Assembly: GCF_018977255.1 (NCBI RefSeq)
Contig: NW_024704742.1
Span: 128,404,001 to 128,468,000 of the forward strand
From: Callorhinchus milii
Lineage: Eukaryota
Direction: 5' to 3'
Length of the DNA: 64,000 nt
The translations under genes were made by a program, and so were the position numbers. Under the pieces are notes generated by a model, which saw nothing but the letters and a program-made list of their open reading frames with translations, was not told the origin of the DNA and made no database searches. Below are positions 52,871 to 64,000 of the stretch, piece by piece; the stretch's first letter is position 1, and each line of letters starts with the position of its first letter.

Positions 52871-53427
52871 AGAGTGGGAAAAGCAATCGGGAGCAGCTAT
52901 GAGGCACTGTAAAGTTTAGATGTTGCTTCTCCAATAGAAGCCATTTTCACAATGGAGGTAAGAATAAAATGGATAAATAATAGTTTGTAAGGACATGAAT
53001 TATAGGTGGCTAAGGACATTTGAATCCATTTTGGAGAATAAAGTAACAATAAAAGTAATATTTGCACTTGATATAGCATCCTCACATTCAGAAGACATCT
53101 CAGAGCACTTCATATGATTTATTAAAAAGTGTCATGACTGTGTATTTTGCACCCGACAATTTTGCGCTCCGCAGTGTCTCAATAGCCATGAAGCGAATGA
53201 TAGATTTTATCTGGGCAATTCTTTGTCATGGAAACTGATGCAATGGGACATTTAGCATACAACCTAACAGGCAGATAGGACTTCTGTTTTACATCTCATC
53301 TGTCGTACAGCGCCTCTGACAATGTTCTGTTCCAACACATTGGTGTGTCAGACATTGTTGTGTTTGTAGACTGTGAGTTCGAAGTCCTGATGTGCAGCTT
53401 GAACTCACACCTTCTGACTCAGAGACG

Positions 53428-53990
53428 AACAACAACGATAGCAAAATTACATTTGTAAAGCACCTTTCATGTCGGGAGGACGTCCCAAGGTGCTGAACAG
53501 TCAGGGATCAGGACCCGAGAGTGGGGGAGGCAGGGATGGGATGAGAGAGGGCAGAGGGGGTAGGAGGGTGGATGAAAACATGGTCAAGAATTAGGGTCTT
53601 GAGTCGTGCCTTGAAGGAGGCAAGAGGCGGAGCAAGGCAAAGGGATTGTGGGATGGAATTCCAAAGAGTGGGGGCAGAGAGGCTGAAAGCCTGGCCACCG
53701 ATGGAAGGGTGGGTCGGGCGGGAGACCTGGAGGAGGCTGGAGCCTGCTGAACGGAGCGAGCGGACAGGTTGATAGGGGGTCAGCAGGTCAGAGATGGAGG
53801 AGGGGGCAAGGCCGTGGATGGCATTGAAAGTGAGGACAAGGATTTTGAATTATATCCACTGAGGGATGGGGAGCCAGTGGAGCCGGGCGAGGGTGGGGGT
53901 GATGGGGTCACAGAGCCTGGTGCGGGAGAGGACACAAACTGCAGAGTTCTGGATGATCTGCAACTTGTGGAGGGAAGAGTTGGAAGAGTC
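53428..53990 (-). mobile_element. L2 3' fragment
   Basis: SLHKLQIIQNSAVCVLSRTRLCDPITPTLARLHWLP on the minus strand, with the GGGACGTCCTCCCGAC tail. Confidence 0.88.
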
Positions 53991-55873
53991 TAACAAACTG
54001 ACACCTATGATATGATGGTTATTGTAGAAGGGGTACAATGGGACAGGAGTAGGCAGTTAAATTTAATTTTATTAATTCATGTTTTGTTGACTATTTTTTG
54101 ACTCTTGCGCATGTTTTGTTTTATAAAGATAAATGCCATGCAGAATTTTTTACACTGACAAACTCTTAATATTCTGACATTAACTTTTCTGCCTTCCTGA
54201 CAGAATTTTGTCCATTGGTACATGTGTTTGATCAGAAGGTCTGAATGTTCACGTCATGGCTGAAATCTTGACATTTAAAAGGCACGAGTGGGGTCTAAAC
54301 AATAAGTGTCTGTGTATCCCGATGTAAAATCAATGCAATCCCACTTGAATGCAAAAGTGCTCAAAGTGCGCAAATGTCCTTGTCTGAATTGAACCCACAG
54401 TCTCTTATAAATTATACTTGCAATAGCTTGGAGAACTGTGATATAGCACTTTTTTTTTGCTTGGTACAACAATATGTATAGAGTAATAGATGAGCCAGTG
54501 TGAATTGTAGATGTATGTCTGGTTCTCAAATGGTTTTAATGCTGCAATGTTCATGGTTCGATGCACGCACAGATCTAAAATGTACTGAGGACTCCATAAC
54601 CACCTGTAATTCATGTCCTTACAATCTATTATTTTGTGTGATAAATGGGTACATTTTCTTCTTACCTCCACTGTGAAAAATGGCTTCGAACACATCAGGG
54701 TGAGTTGAGAGCACAGACAATGAGGCTGTTAATTGTCTCTCCTTTCCTTTCTTCTACTGCTGGATATGCTGACTCATGTTGGTACATGTCCTCTAGCATT
54801 TTGCCCCAGGGCTTTATTCTGCACAACTTTTAACAGTGACCTATTTGAGTGAGGGGAAGATCCAGTGAAATTACAGCTAAATCGTGATCCTTTCTTCACA
54901 TATGTACTTTTTAGATCAGAAATATGAGAATTTGGATTGATTTGTTTCTTCCCCAACGTGGCAGCCAATTGCACACAGCAGTGTCCCACAAACAGTGGTG
55001 GATTGAATGACCAAATTAGTATTTTTTTGAAATGATTATTATCCCCATAAAAGCAATCTACCAATCGACTAACAACCAGTTTCCTACTTATGTGTGGAGT
55101 AAGATAACATGTCTAACTTTTCGCCCTGCCCGGGAATGGAACCCACGTCCACTTGTTTGCGAGGCGAGTACTGTAACCAATATGCTACAGGACTCTACAT
55201 TTGCCTACTGTGGAAAACATTAATTATGTGGAGCACAAGTAATAAGTAAAAATAATAATTCTTGCATTTGATATAGTGTTTTCTCGAGACATCTCAAAAT
55301 GCTCCACAGAATTTTACTGCGAAGAGTAGTGACTGTGTATTTTGTAGGCTATGTAACAAGCTGCTAAATGCGTTAAATTACAAGAACAAACTGTTAATTA
55401 ACACATGGAATATTTTATGAAACACTGCAAGTTTTACCTCACTGTTGATTTTCACTGAAATAAGAAAGTCGGTATTCCTACTGATGTTGAAACAATGGAT
55501 CAAGTAATATAGAAGCAGATTTAAAATGAACAAACAATTTCTGATATTCTTGACTTAAATTGCTCACTCCTCTTCTCAAGTAATGAAAGTGATGTATCTC
55601 ACATTCATTATATTACGCCAATAATATCATGCTCAGTGATCACATAGGGACTTTGAACTCATAGCCTAGGCTGACACTCCTGTGTAGTGCTGGGGGAGCA
55701 TTGCATTGTCAGAGTTGCAATCCTTTGGATGAGATGTGAAACCAGGATCTGTTTGCATGTTCAGGATCCCAGGGCACGAGTTCAAAAGAGAACATAGTCT
55801 CTTTCAATGTCCTGGTCCACAAATTGCCCAAATAAAATTGATCATTCACTTTGTGGTAATTGTTGGACATCGT

Positions 55874-56085
55874 GAAGTCCTGTAGCTCAGTGGTTAGTGC
55901 ACTCATCTCACAAGTGAGAGTATCTGGGTTCAATTCCAGGCCGGGCGAAACGTTGGGCAAATTTCCTTACTCCACATGCCTCTGTTTATCTAGCAGTAAG
56001 TAGGAACCCAGTTGTTAGTCGATTGGCGGATCGCTTTCCTGGAGGTAGTAATTCCTTCAAAAATAAAGTATTTGGATACTCAATC
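55874..56085 (+). mobile_element. SINE family A 5' half; its 3' half resumes at about 57685-57830 after an L2 insertion
   Basis: GTCCTGTAGCTCAGTGGTTAG (A box), GGGTTCAATTCC (B box), and body up to ACTCAATCCA. Confidence 0.8.
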
Positions 56086-57620
56086 CAACAACAACAACAA
56101 GATTACATTTGTAGAGCGCCTTTCATGTCGGGAGGACGTCCCAAGGTGCTGGACAATGTACAGCATTTCAGACCTGAGCTGGGATCAGGGAGGGAGAAGG
56201 GAGGGGAGGGAAAGGGGGGAGACCGATGACATGGTCAAAGAGGAGGGTTTTGAGGTGGGACTGAAGAAAGTTAAGGAGGGGGCGAGGCGGAGTGATTGGG
56301 GAATGGAATTCCAGAGGTTGGGGCAGAGTGGCTGAAGGCTCTCCCACCAATGGTGGGGCGGGTGGGTCGGGGGACGTGGAGCAGGCCGGAGTCGGCTGAA
56401 CGGGGGGAACGGGCGGGTTGGTGGGGGGTTAGGAGGTCACAGAGGTAGGGTGGGGCGAGACCATGGAGGGCTTTGAGGTGACGACCAGTATCTTGAACTG
56501 GATCCTCTGAAGGATAGGGAGCCAATGGATTCGGGCGAGAATGGGGGAGATGGGGTCACGGAGTTTGGTGCAGGAGAGGACACGGGCTGCAGAGTTCTGG
56601 ATTATCTACAGCCTGTGGGGGAGGAGTTGTGAAGGCCGACAAGACTATGTGCTTGCATAGTCGAGCCTGGAGATGATGAAGGCATGAACAAGAGTTCCAG
56701 CAGCCTGAGGGGTAAGATAGTGGTGAGTCGGGTGATGTTACGGAGGTGATGGAAGGCAGAGTGGGTTATGGCTTTGATGTGGGGAAGAAAAGATAGTTAA
56801 GGGTCGAACAAGACACCTAGATTCCTGACTGGCTTGGTGAGTTGAAGTGTGCAACCTGGAGGTTGATGCTGCCAGAGCCTGAGGTGCAGAGGCGCTGGTG
56901 CGAGCCAATCAGGAGGGCCTCAGTCTTGTTCACATTCAACTGTAGAAAGTTTGCCCTCAGACAGTCTGTCAGGACAGCAGTGGCACTGGAGTTGAGGGTG
57001 GAGGCAGAAAGATAGAGTTGGGTGTCATACATATGGAAGTTGACCCCATGTCTGCAGATAATGTCACCCAGGGGGAGCATGTAGATGTTAAAGAGGAGAG
57101 GGCCAAGGACAGAGCCCTGGGGGACGCCAGATGTGACAGTGCGGGGGCTGGAGGAGAAGCTGTTAGAGGCAACAAAGTGGAGACGTGAGAGAGATAGGAA
57201 TCGAACCAGGCAAGGGCAGGCCTGCGGCGGTTAAGTAAACAGGAGAGGCATCTATGATGGAGTGGTTGACCGTGTCGCAGGCGTTAGAGAGGTCGAGGAG
57301 GACAAGGAGGCAGAGGGAGCCTTGATCACAGGTGTTCAGAATGTCATTGGTGACTTTGACCAGGGCTGTTTCTGTGCTGTGGGCAGCACGGAAGCCGGAT
57401 TGGAGGGGTTCAAAGGGGTAATAGGGAGAGAGAAAGGAGCGGAGCTGGGACGCAACAACTCGTTCCAGGACCTTGGAGAGGAATGGGAGGTTAGAGATGG
57501 TATGGTAGCTGGAGAGGAGGAATGGGTCCAGAGAAAGTTTTTTCAGGATGGGAGTGATGACGGCTGTTTTTAGTGGAGTGGGAACTGAACCGGTGGACAA
57601 GGAGAGGTTGGTGACATCGG
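56086..57620 (-). mobile_element. 1.5-kb truncated L2 (RT to tail), pseudogenised
   Basis: [42 protein letters not shown], and HMYDTQ (one YADD-region deletion) on the minus strand. Confidence 0.92.
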
Positions 57621-60029
57621 ACAGGAGAGGGGTCAGAAGGTGGCTGAATGTATGCCCTCAATTTTGTATTTGAGGAAGTCCAGCAACTGTTGTGCACAAT
57701 TGGCTGCCGCGTTTCGCCCACAAAATATACTCAATTCACTTTACAATATATTCTGTGAAGCGCTTTGAGAGATCTCAAAGACCTGATAAAGAGCTGTATC
57801 AAATGCAAGGATTATTATTATTATTATTGCAGTGCTCAAATTGGCTACTATTTGCCTTCAAATAGAATCTCTGGATTTTACAGTAAAATTCTGTGAACCG
57901 CTTTGAGACATCCTCCTGACATGACATGCACTATATCAAATGTAAGGATTATTATTTTGTTATTAATTGGAATTACAGACTAAGACTGAGTGGAATTTTG
58001 GGACTCATAAAAACTTCATCTGGTAAATAATTGTGGGTGAATGATGTAACTGAGACATCCTGTACAAAGCATCCTCTTCCCTTAATGAGATTAGCTTCAT
58101 TATCTAAACTGAATCTAAATCTCTGTCTATGTATTGTCATCATTTCTCTGTAACTAACAGGGAAAATATCAGGACAATAAGGATGGCCTAAATACATAAG
58201 CATAAAATGACATGACAGCTGAGAAAGATTCACAGTAATTAAGTGGAAAGAAGAATGAGTAATCCATTGAAAGGAATGACTTCACCACAGGGGCTTGGTT
58301 TTGCTTTGAGCAGGGCAACATTTACAATCCAGCTGTACACAGCAATCCCTTGAAAGGAAGAGCCCCACTGTTATCTCCCAAAAGGATTTAATTTGTGATG
58401 AATTAAATCCCCAACTCACCATCTCAGAATCTGATCTCTTTGCTAATTAATCTTGACATAGTATCTGCCTTTACACTATCATTAAAATGCACCTTTCTGG
58501 TTTTACATTAGCTCTTTCAGAGAGGCCAGACTCACAGAGCACTGCTGGGACCTCATCTCAGTTTAATATCCTTTGCTGTGGATTATTTTAATAAGGTTGC
58601 AAATGGTATAAATTTGAGCAGCTTTTGAAAAAAACATATTAATTTTCTTATGAGGTTTACATCATCATTAAAAGAAAGTAAATAACAATTGACCTTGAAT
58701 TTGAATTTTTATCACATCATCAAAATTTTTCTAAGTGTAGCAACTGTATATTTGTAGGTGAAATCAGCAGCTAATTTATACACAGCAAATTCCCAGAAAC
58801 GGCCATGAAGTGAATGATCAATTTTATCTGAAGGATTGTTGGTCAGGACACTGGAAGAAACTGCTTTCTCTTTTTAAATAGCACTGTGGGATCTGTAACA
58901 TCCACCTGAACAGGCAGATTGGACCTTAATTTAACACCTCATCTGAAGGACAGTGCCTATGATGATGTAGCTCTTCCCCAGCACTGCACTGGAGTGTCAG
59001 CGTAGACAATGAGCTTCAAGTCCCAATATGGGATTTAAACCCATAACCGTCTGACCCAAAACAATACTGTCAGATGCACCAAGACAGCAGATTAGGTTAG
59101 CAGAGGACTAACAGGCTCAAAATTCCTCTCTCTGAAAATCTACGATTGCGGAAAATTCGTAAATTAATTACAATACAATACACAGTTACTACGCTTTACG
59201 GTAAAATTCTGTGAAGTGCTTTGAGACATTCTCCTCTTGTAAAAGGTGATAAATCAAATGCAAGGATTCTTCATTATTATAAATTTGGTCTTATTTTCGA
59301 AGCAAGCGTTTTTTATTACGAACCGTGTGGAAAGCCAGTTTCCAAATTGCAACTGAATTTAAGAATTTCCCACAGTCTTGAATTTTAAGACAAAATGGAC
59401 TTGCAGGCTAAGACTTGGTGAAATTTCAGTTCTCGGAGTCTGCATTGCAACTCATCTGGGATTCGACAGAGCTCTCCTTAACCCAACTAATGAGATTTTG
59501 GAGCGATCAACAAATATAAATAAATAATAGTAATTATCCTTGCATTTGACAAAGCGCTTTTCACGTCGTCTCAAAGCGCTTCACAGAAATGTACTGTAAA
59601 GTGAATTGACTGCATATTTGTGAGCGAAAGGTGGCAGCCAATTGAGCACAGCACTGTCCCACAAACAGTCGTGAATTGAGTGACAAAATTATTTTTCTTT
59701 AAGGATTATTATATTAAATGCTATTTGTTTCCTGCTCCTAATCACCTTACTGCTCTCAGCAAACTTAAAGCAAGGCACTAGAAAGAAGCCAAGCAGTATA
59801 TACCTGAGTGTGGCTTCCTGAGTGCGGTCTTGTTTTGAAAGCAACACAGCAAGTCAGAAGTCAATTCAATTCATATTGTTGTAGTACATGCAAAGCTAGA
59901 GTGATAGATTTTTTTTTCTTGCTGGTGGAGATATGATTTTACTAGAATCAGACTGGTTAGAATCATGTTTCAAGTTAAGTACAAATAAATGTTCACCATA
60001 AGCTGGTGGAGCTTGATGCTGAGCCAGGC

Positions 60030-60425
60030 ATAGAGAGTCTGTAGGCACGGTCAAAGAGGAAGGTCTTCAGGTGTGATCTAAAGACAGTTAAGGAGGAGGC
60101 AAGATGGAGGGATTGATCGAGAGAGTTCCAGAGTTTCGATATGCAGTGGCTGAAAGCACCAATCGCTGATAGTGGAGAAGACGCAGGCATAAAAGGCCAG
60201 AGCCAGTTGAGTAAGGAGGTTGGATAGAGGTGTGGTGCGTAAGCAGGTCGGAGAGTTAGGGGAGAAGTACTGGGACATTAAGTTATAAGTAAGCGTGAAG
60301 ATCTTGAAATTGATCTGTTCTGCAATGGGGAGCCAGTGGAGGTTGCCACGAATTGGGGTTATGGGTGCGCAGAGTTTGGCATGGATCAGAATACTGGTAG
60401 CAGAGTTTTGAATCTGTTGGATTTT
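60030..60425 (-). mobile_element. Old L2 3' fragment
   Basis: KIQQIQNSA...LHWLPIAEQINFKI on the minus strand. Confidence 0.8.
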
Positions 60426-62854
60426 ATTTTTAACTGGAGGACACTCGAAAAATTGGGTAGGGAGGTGGCGAAAGCAGACTGGCCTCGAACCTAACCGTGA
60501 CTGTTGTCGAAGGGCTGCACTTGTAGTATTTCGTAACAAGTTCAACAACATATCAAATCCATTAAGTAACGTGACAATTTTCACCCCATTACAAAGCATG
60601 TTTAAAAACAGATTTCATCCTTTTTGAATGGTTTCTTAAACGTGCGATTGTTTGGGATTTCTTAGCGTCAACACTGTTGACATACATATAGCTGCAGTTT
60701 GCCAGCTGTGTTGTTCTGCCCCATCACCCTTGACTCCCAGAAAGAATTATGGGCCCACTTATGACAAAATAAAGAATGCATCTGAGGTAGTCATCCACAA
60801 TAATGTCTTTTTAAAAATGATGTTCACCTACGTTTAGGGGCTGTTGAAAACCGCAGCTATGAATCAATCCCAGGAAATAATTGTAATTAAGAATCATTAA
60901 AATATATGGCTTGTCATTATGAACTGGTTGTGGTGACATTTGTCTTCACGGTAATGATCCATTAATCGCATCTGTGCAATGACAATGTCTGAGAATGGGT
61001 TGAAGCTTGACACATTCCATCCAAATAAATAAGAGGTGAATGAATTGTGAGGTTACTTTATGTTTATTCTACAAGTGTAGATGACCCCACCACCTATAAT
61101 TCATGTGAGACTAAGGCTTAAGCATGTAATAATAATAATAATGTAGAGTGTAGTACCCTGTTCAGCTCTTTATTAATCCCTCTGCACTATGCAAACAGGC
61201 AGTAATGAGTAAAATTATGATAACAATAAACCCTGCATTTGACAGAGTGTGTAATATAAATGCAAGTTGTTGTTATCACATTGTCGAAATGTCTCAAAGG
61301 GCTTCACAGGATTTAACATAGAGTGTTGGAGGTGAACAAGGCAGCCAATCTGCTCATTACCTCAGTTCCCCAAATACAACCATGATGTGAACGACCACTT
61401 TTTATCTATGAGATTTTTGGACCGAAATTAGAAATATATTGATCTGAATTTCTTCTAGTTTCTTTTCAGATCTGAACTTGTGACATTTGTTCAGGAGGGT
61501 GGGGGAGGGAAAGGGGAAAGAGGTAAGCAGAGTCTCTCTGAGCGGAGTTGGCTCCAAAGTGACGTATGAAATCAAATGGACCAAAGGGTCAAGAGAAAAG
61601 CAACATAACACTCTGTGATGGACTTGGAAGTTCTGTTCCTGAGCCAGACAAGTTCACAGTGCTCCAAGGCATCAATGATGATGTTGCAAAAACACATGAA
61701 TGTTGCCATCCACACACTTGCATTGGTCGACCTACGGACATAAGGTGGGATGGGTCAGCATTTGATTTACAATCTTGTCGTCGCAGTAAGAGTAACTGTT
61801 CAATTATGCTTGAGATTTACTTCCAAAATGCTATAATAGCTACGTTCGCATCAGAGAGCTCATTTGTTAACAGAGTGCTCTTATAAAGTGAAAACAGCTT
61901 ACTATATTTAACCACGGATTGCTGAAGCTTTTTATGCTGTCAGGTGGAAGATGCTGAAAAAACTAATGCCGCATCTCAAACAGCAGCGGAGATTAGCTTT
62001 GTGAATGCTAAATTTCCTTCCCATCTTTCGCATGATGCATTTCCTGATATAACAGCTGCAAAAATATCATTCTAAAAATATCCCGCTTTTGTGAAGTGTG
62101 CATGACCACAAAGATTTCATCCTTAGCAGTGGGTTCAATATAAAATGAATATTTATAAATCTGTGGTCCTTTGTTGCCACAGAAGCTCCGTAATGTCTTT
62201 AGTTGAAGCGACCCTTTTACACCACCTGTGAGCCATATGTGGCCCGGTCTGGTGTCTGCACTTTCCCACATGGGGACGTCTGATTTCAGCCGAGCTGCTG
62301 GGTTGCAGTGGGGCCTTCACTCTCCCAGCTGTCGTGCTACTCTGAGGGCTGACAGATTAAAGATCAATACTGAATCTGCGGCGATCAAATTGACACGTTG
62401 TCATTTACTCCAACAATAACGACAACAATAACAACAACAGAATTACATTTATGTAGAGCCTTTCACATCAGGAGGATGTCCCGAGGTGCTGCACAAGTAA
62501 GGGTTTGCACTCGAGCTGGGGGTTGGAATCAAGAGAGGCGGAAAATAGGGGAGGTGGGAAGTGGGCAAAAGCACGATATAAAAAAAAATTCTCACTAAAA
62601 CCACGATTGTTTGTGGGTCTCTACTGTGTGCAATTGGCTGCCGCATTTCGCCCACCAAATATACAGTCAATTCACTTTATGATATATTCTGTGCAGTGCT
62701 TTGAAACATCTCGACGACATGATAAGGCCCTATATCAAATGCAAGGATTATTATTATTATGAAAGTTGCATCAGACCAGGCACTGGGAACTGCACATGAG
62801 AATTTCACAGACAGGAGTGCAGAGTCAGCACAGCAGAAAAGGAATACATTTGTT

Positions 62855-62945
62855 AAGAATTATTATTTTATTATCTTAACATAATGCCATAATATCTGGC
62901 ATTCACTGCTTGGCATTATGTTAAGATAATAAAATAATAATTCTT
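62855..62945. repeat. Perfect inverted repeat with 35-bp arms and a 21-nt loop
   Basis: 62855-62889 AAGAATTATTATTTTATTATCTTAACATAATGCCA is the exact reverse complement of 62911-62945. Confidence 0.97.
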
Positions 62946-64000
62946 CGTAATCCTAAAAGGCAAAAATTGACCAGTATAATCCCAATTATTGTGAATAGAA
63001 TGGTAATATACACTAAATAATAATCTAACGTATAAACCCTTCAGAAAAAATAATTTGGTCACTCAATCCACAACTGTTTGTCGGACACTGCTGTACGCAA
63101 TTAGCTGCCGCGATTTCCTACAAAATATACATTGAATTCACTTTACACTATATTCTGTGAAGTGCTTTGAGACGTCTCGAAGACGTGATGAGGGGTATAT
63201 CAAATGCAAGGATTATTATTATTTCAATGCAAAGACAGACACTTTTCTACTTTTGCTTTCGGTATTGGCATCTAACACCCCTAGATAATAATTTGATGTA
63301 GCACCTTTTGTGTCAGTTGTACATCTCAAAGCGTTTCACAGGATTTTCTCTAAAGTGTAGTGACCGTGTAATTATTTTGTAGGCACCCGAGAGAAGTACA
63401 TGCGGAACAGCCTAGGGTGAATACAGACAAATACTTTCATCCAGCAAAAAAGGCTATGTATGATATGTATAATTGGTGCCTAAAATTAGCAGCTGATACC
63501 GCAATAATTAATTCCTTCGATAAATTAGCTGATTATGTTAGAGAACAGATTTGGCCGGAATTTAAATGCAGTTATAAATAGTATGAATTTTAAATTAAAT
63601 TAACAAATATTGCTTCAGCAGATTAATTTATGTCTGTGTGTATGGGGGTGAGTGGGGGGGAGATAGTTAATCAAGCACTAAGACCTCAAGGGTTAACATG
63701 TTTTGATCATTGAAATGATCTGAAGACCCTCTCTTTTTTAAATAAATGACAGGATATTAGGGTCTAAAAGCAATGCTCACAATGGGATTGACTGATCATG
63801 ACAGAGTAACTAACGGGGATTCCTGACACTAACCATGAGCAATCCATGGTAGACTCGCTCATACCCAGTGAATTTGCTAATGAACAGTCCCCTAAGGGTT
63901 AAATGGCACTGGAATATAAAGACGAGAGGGTTATTTATTTAGAAAAGAAACACACTTTGTGTCTGGCAGTGATAACTGAATTGAATAACACTATAATAAT

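Noticed and set aside
54130..54215. GCAGAATTT / CAG-AATTT as possible RIT2 exon 4 (AEFTAMR)
   Set aside because: Translation does not continue as AEFTAMR.QYMR; exon 4 appears to lie beyond the window.

Overview
Vertebrate genomic DNA, most likely a cartilaginous fish (inferred from the repeat landscape of L2 LINEs, CR1 fragments and tRNA/Deu-type SINEs). The only host gene I can support is RIT2 (Rin, a Ras-family small GTPase) on the + strand. Its first three coding exons are at 13207-13306, 42670-42726 and 47749-47822, with canonical phase-compatible GT-AG junctions; exon 4 is not in the window. The rest is upstream or intronic sequence dense in retroposons. These include one near full-length single-ORF L2 LINE (16298-19997), many truncated L2 and CR1 copies, two tRNA-headed SINE families sharing an L2-like tail, and older LF-SINE-like and AmnSINE2-like relics. 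There is also a hAT-type MITE and a 1.3-kb solo LTR (30940-32250; TG...CA, 4-bp TSD) with two internal tandem arrays. I see no evidence of a novel protein-coding system. The best candidates for something undescribed are the repeat-rich solo LTR, an unclassified dispersed repeat present four times, a perfect 35-bp-arm hairpin, and ultra-short L2 tail insertions with target-site duplications. Repeat family names come from recalled consensus motifs, not database searches, and most repeat boundaries are approximate.
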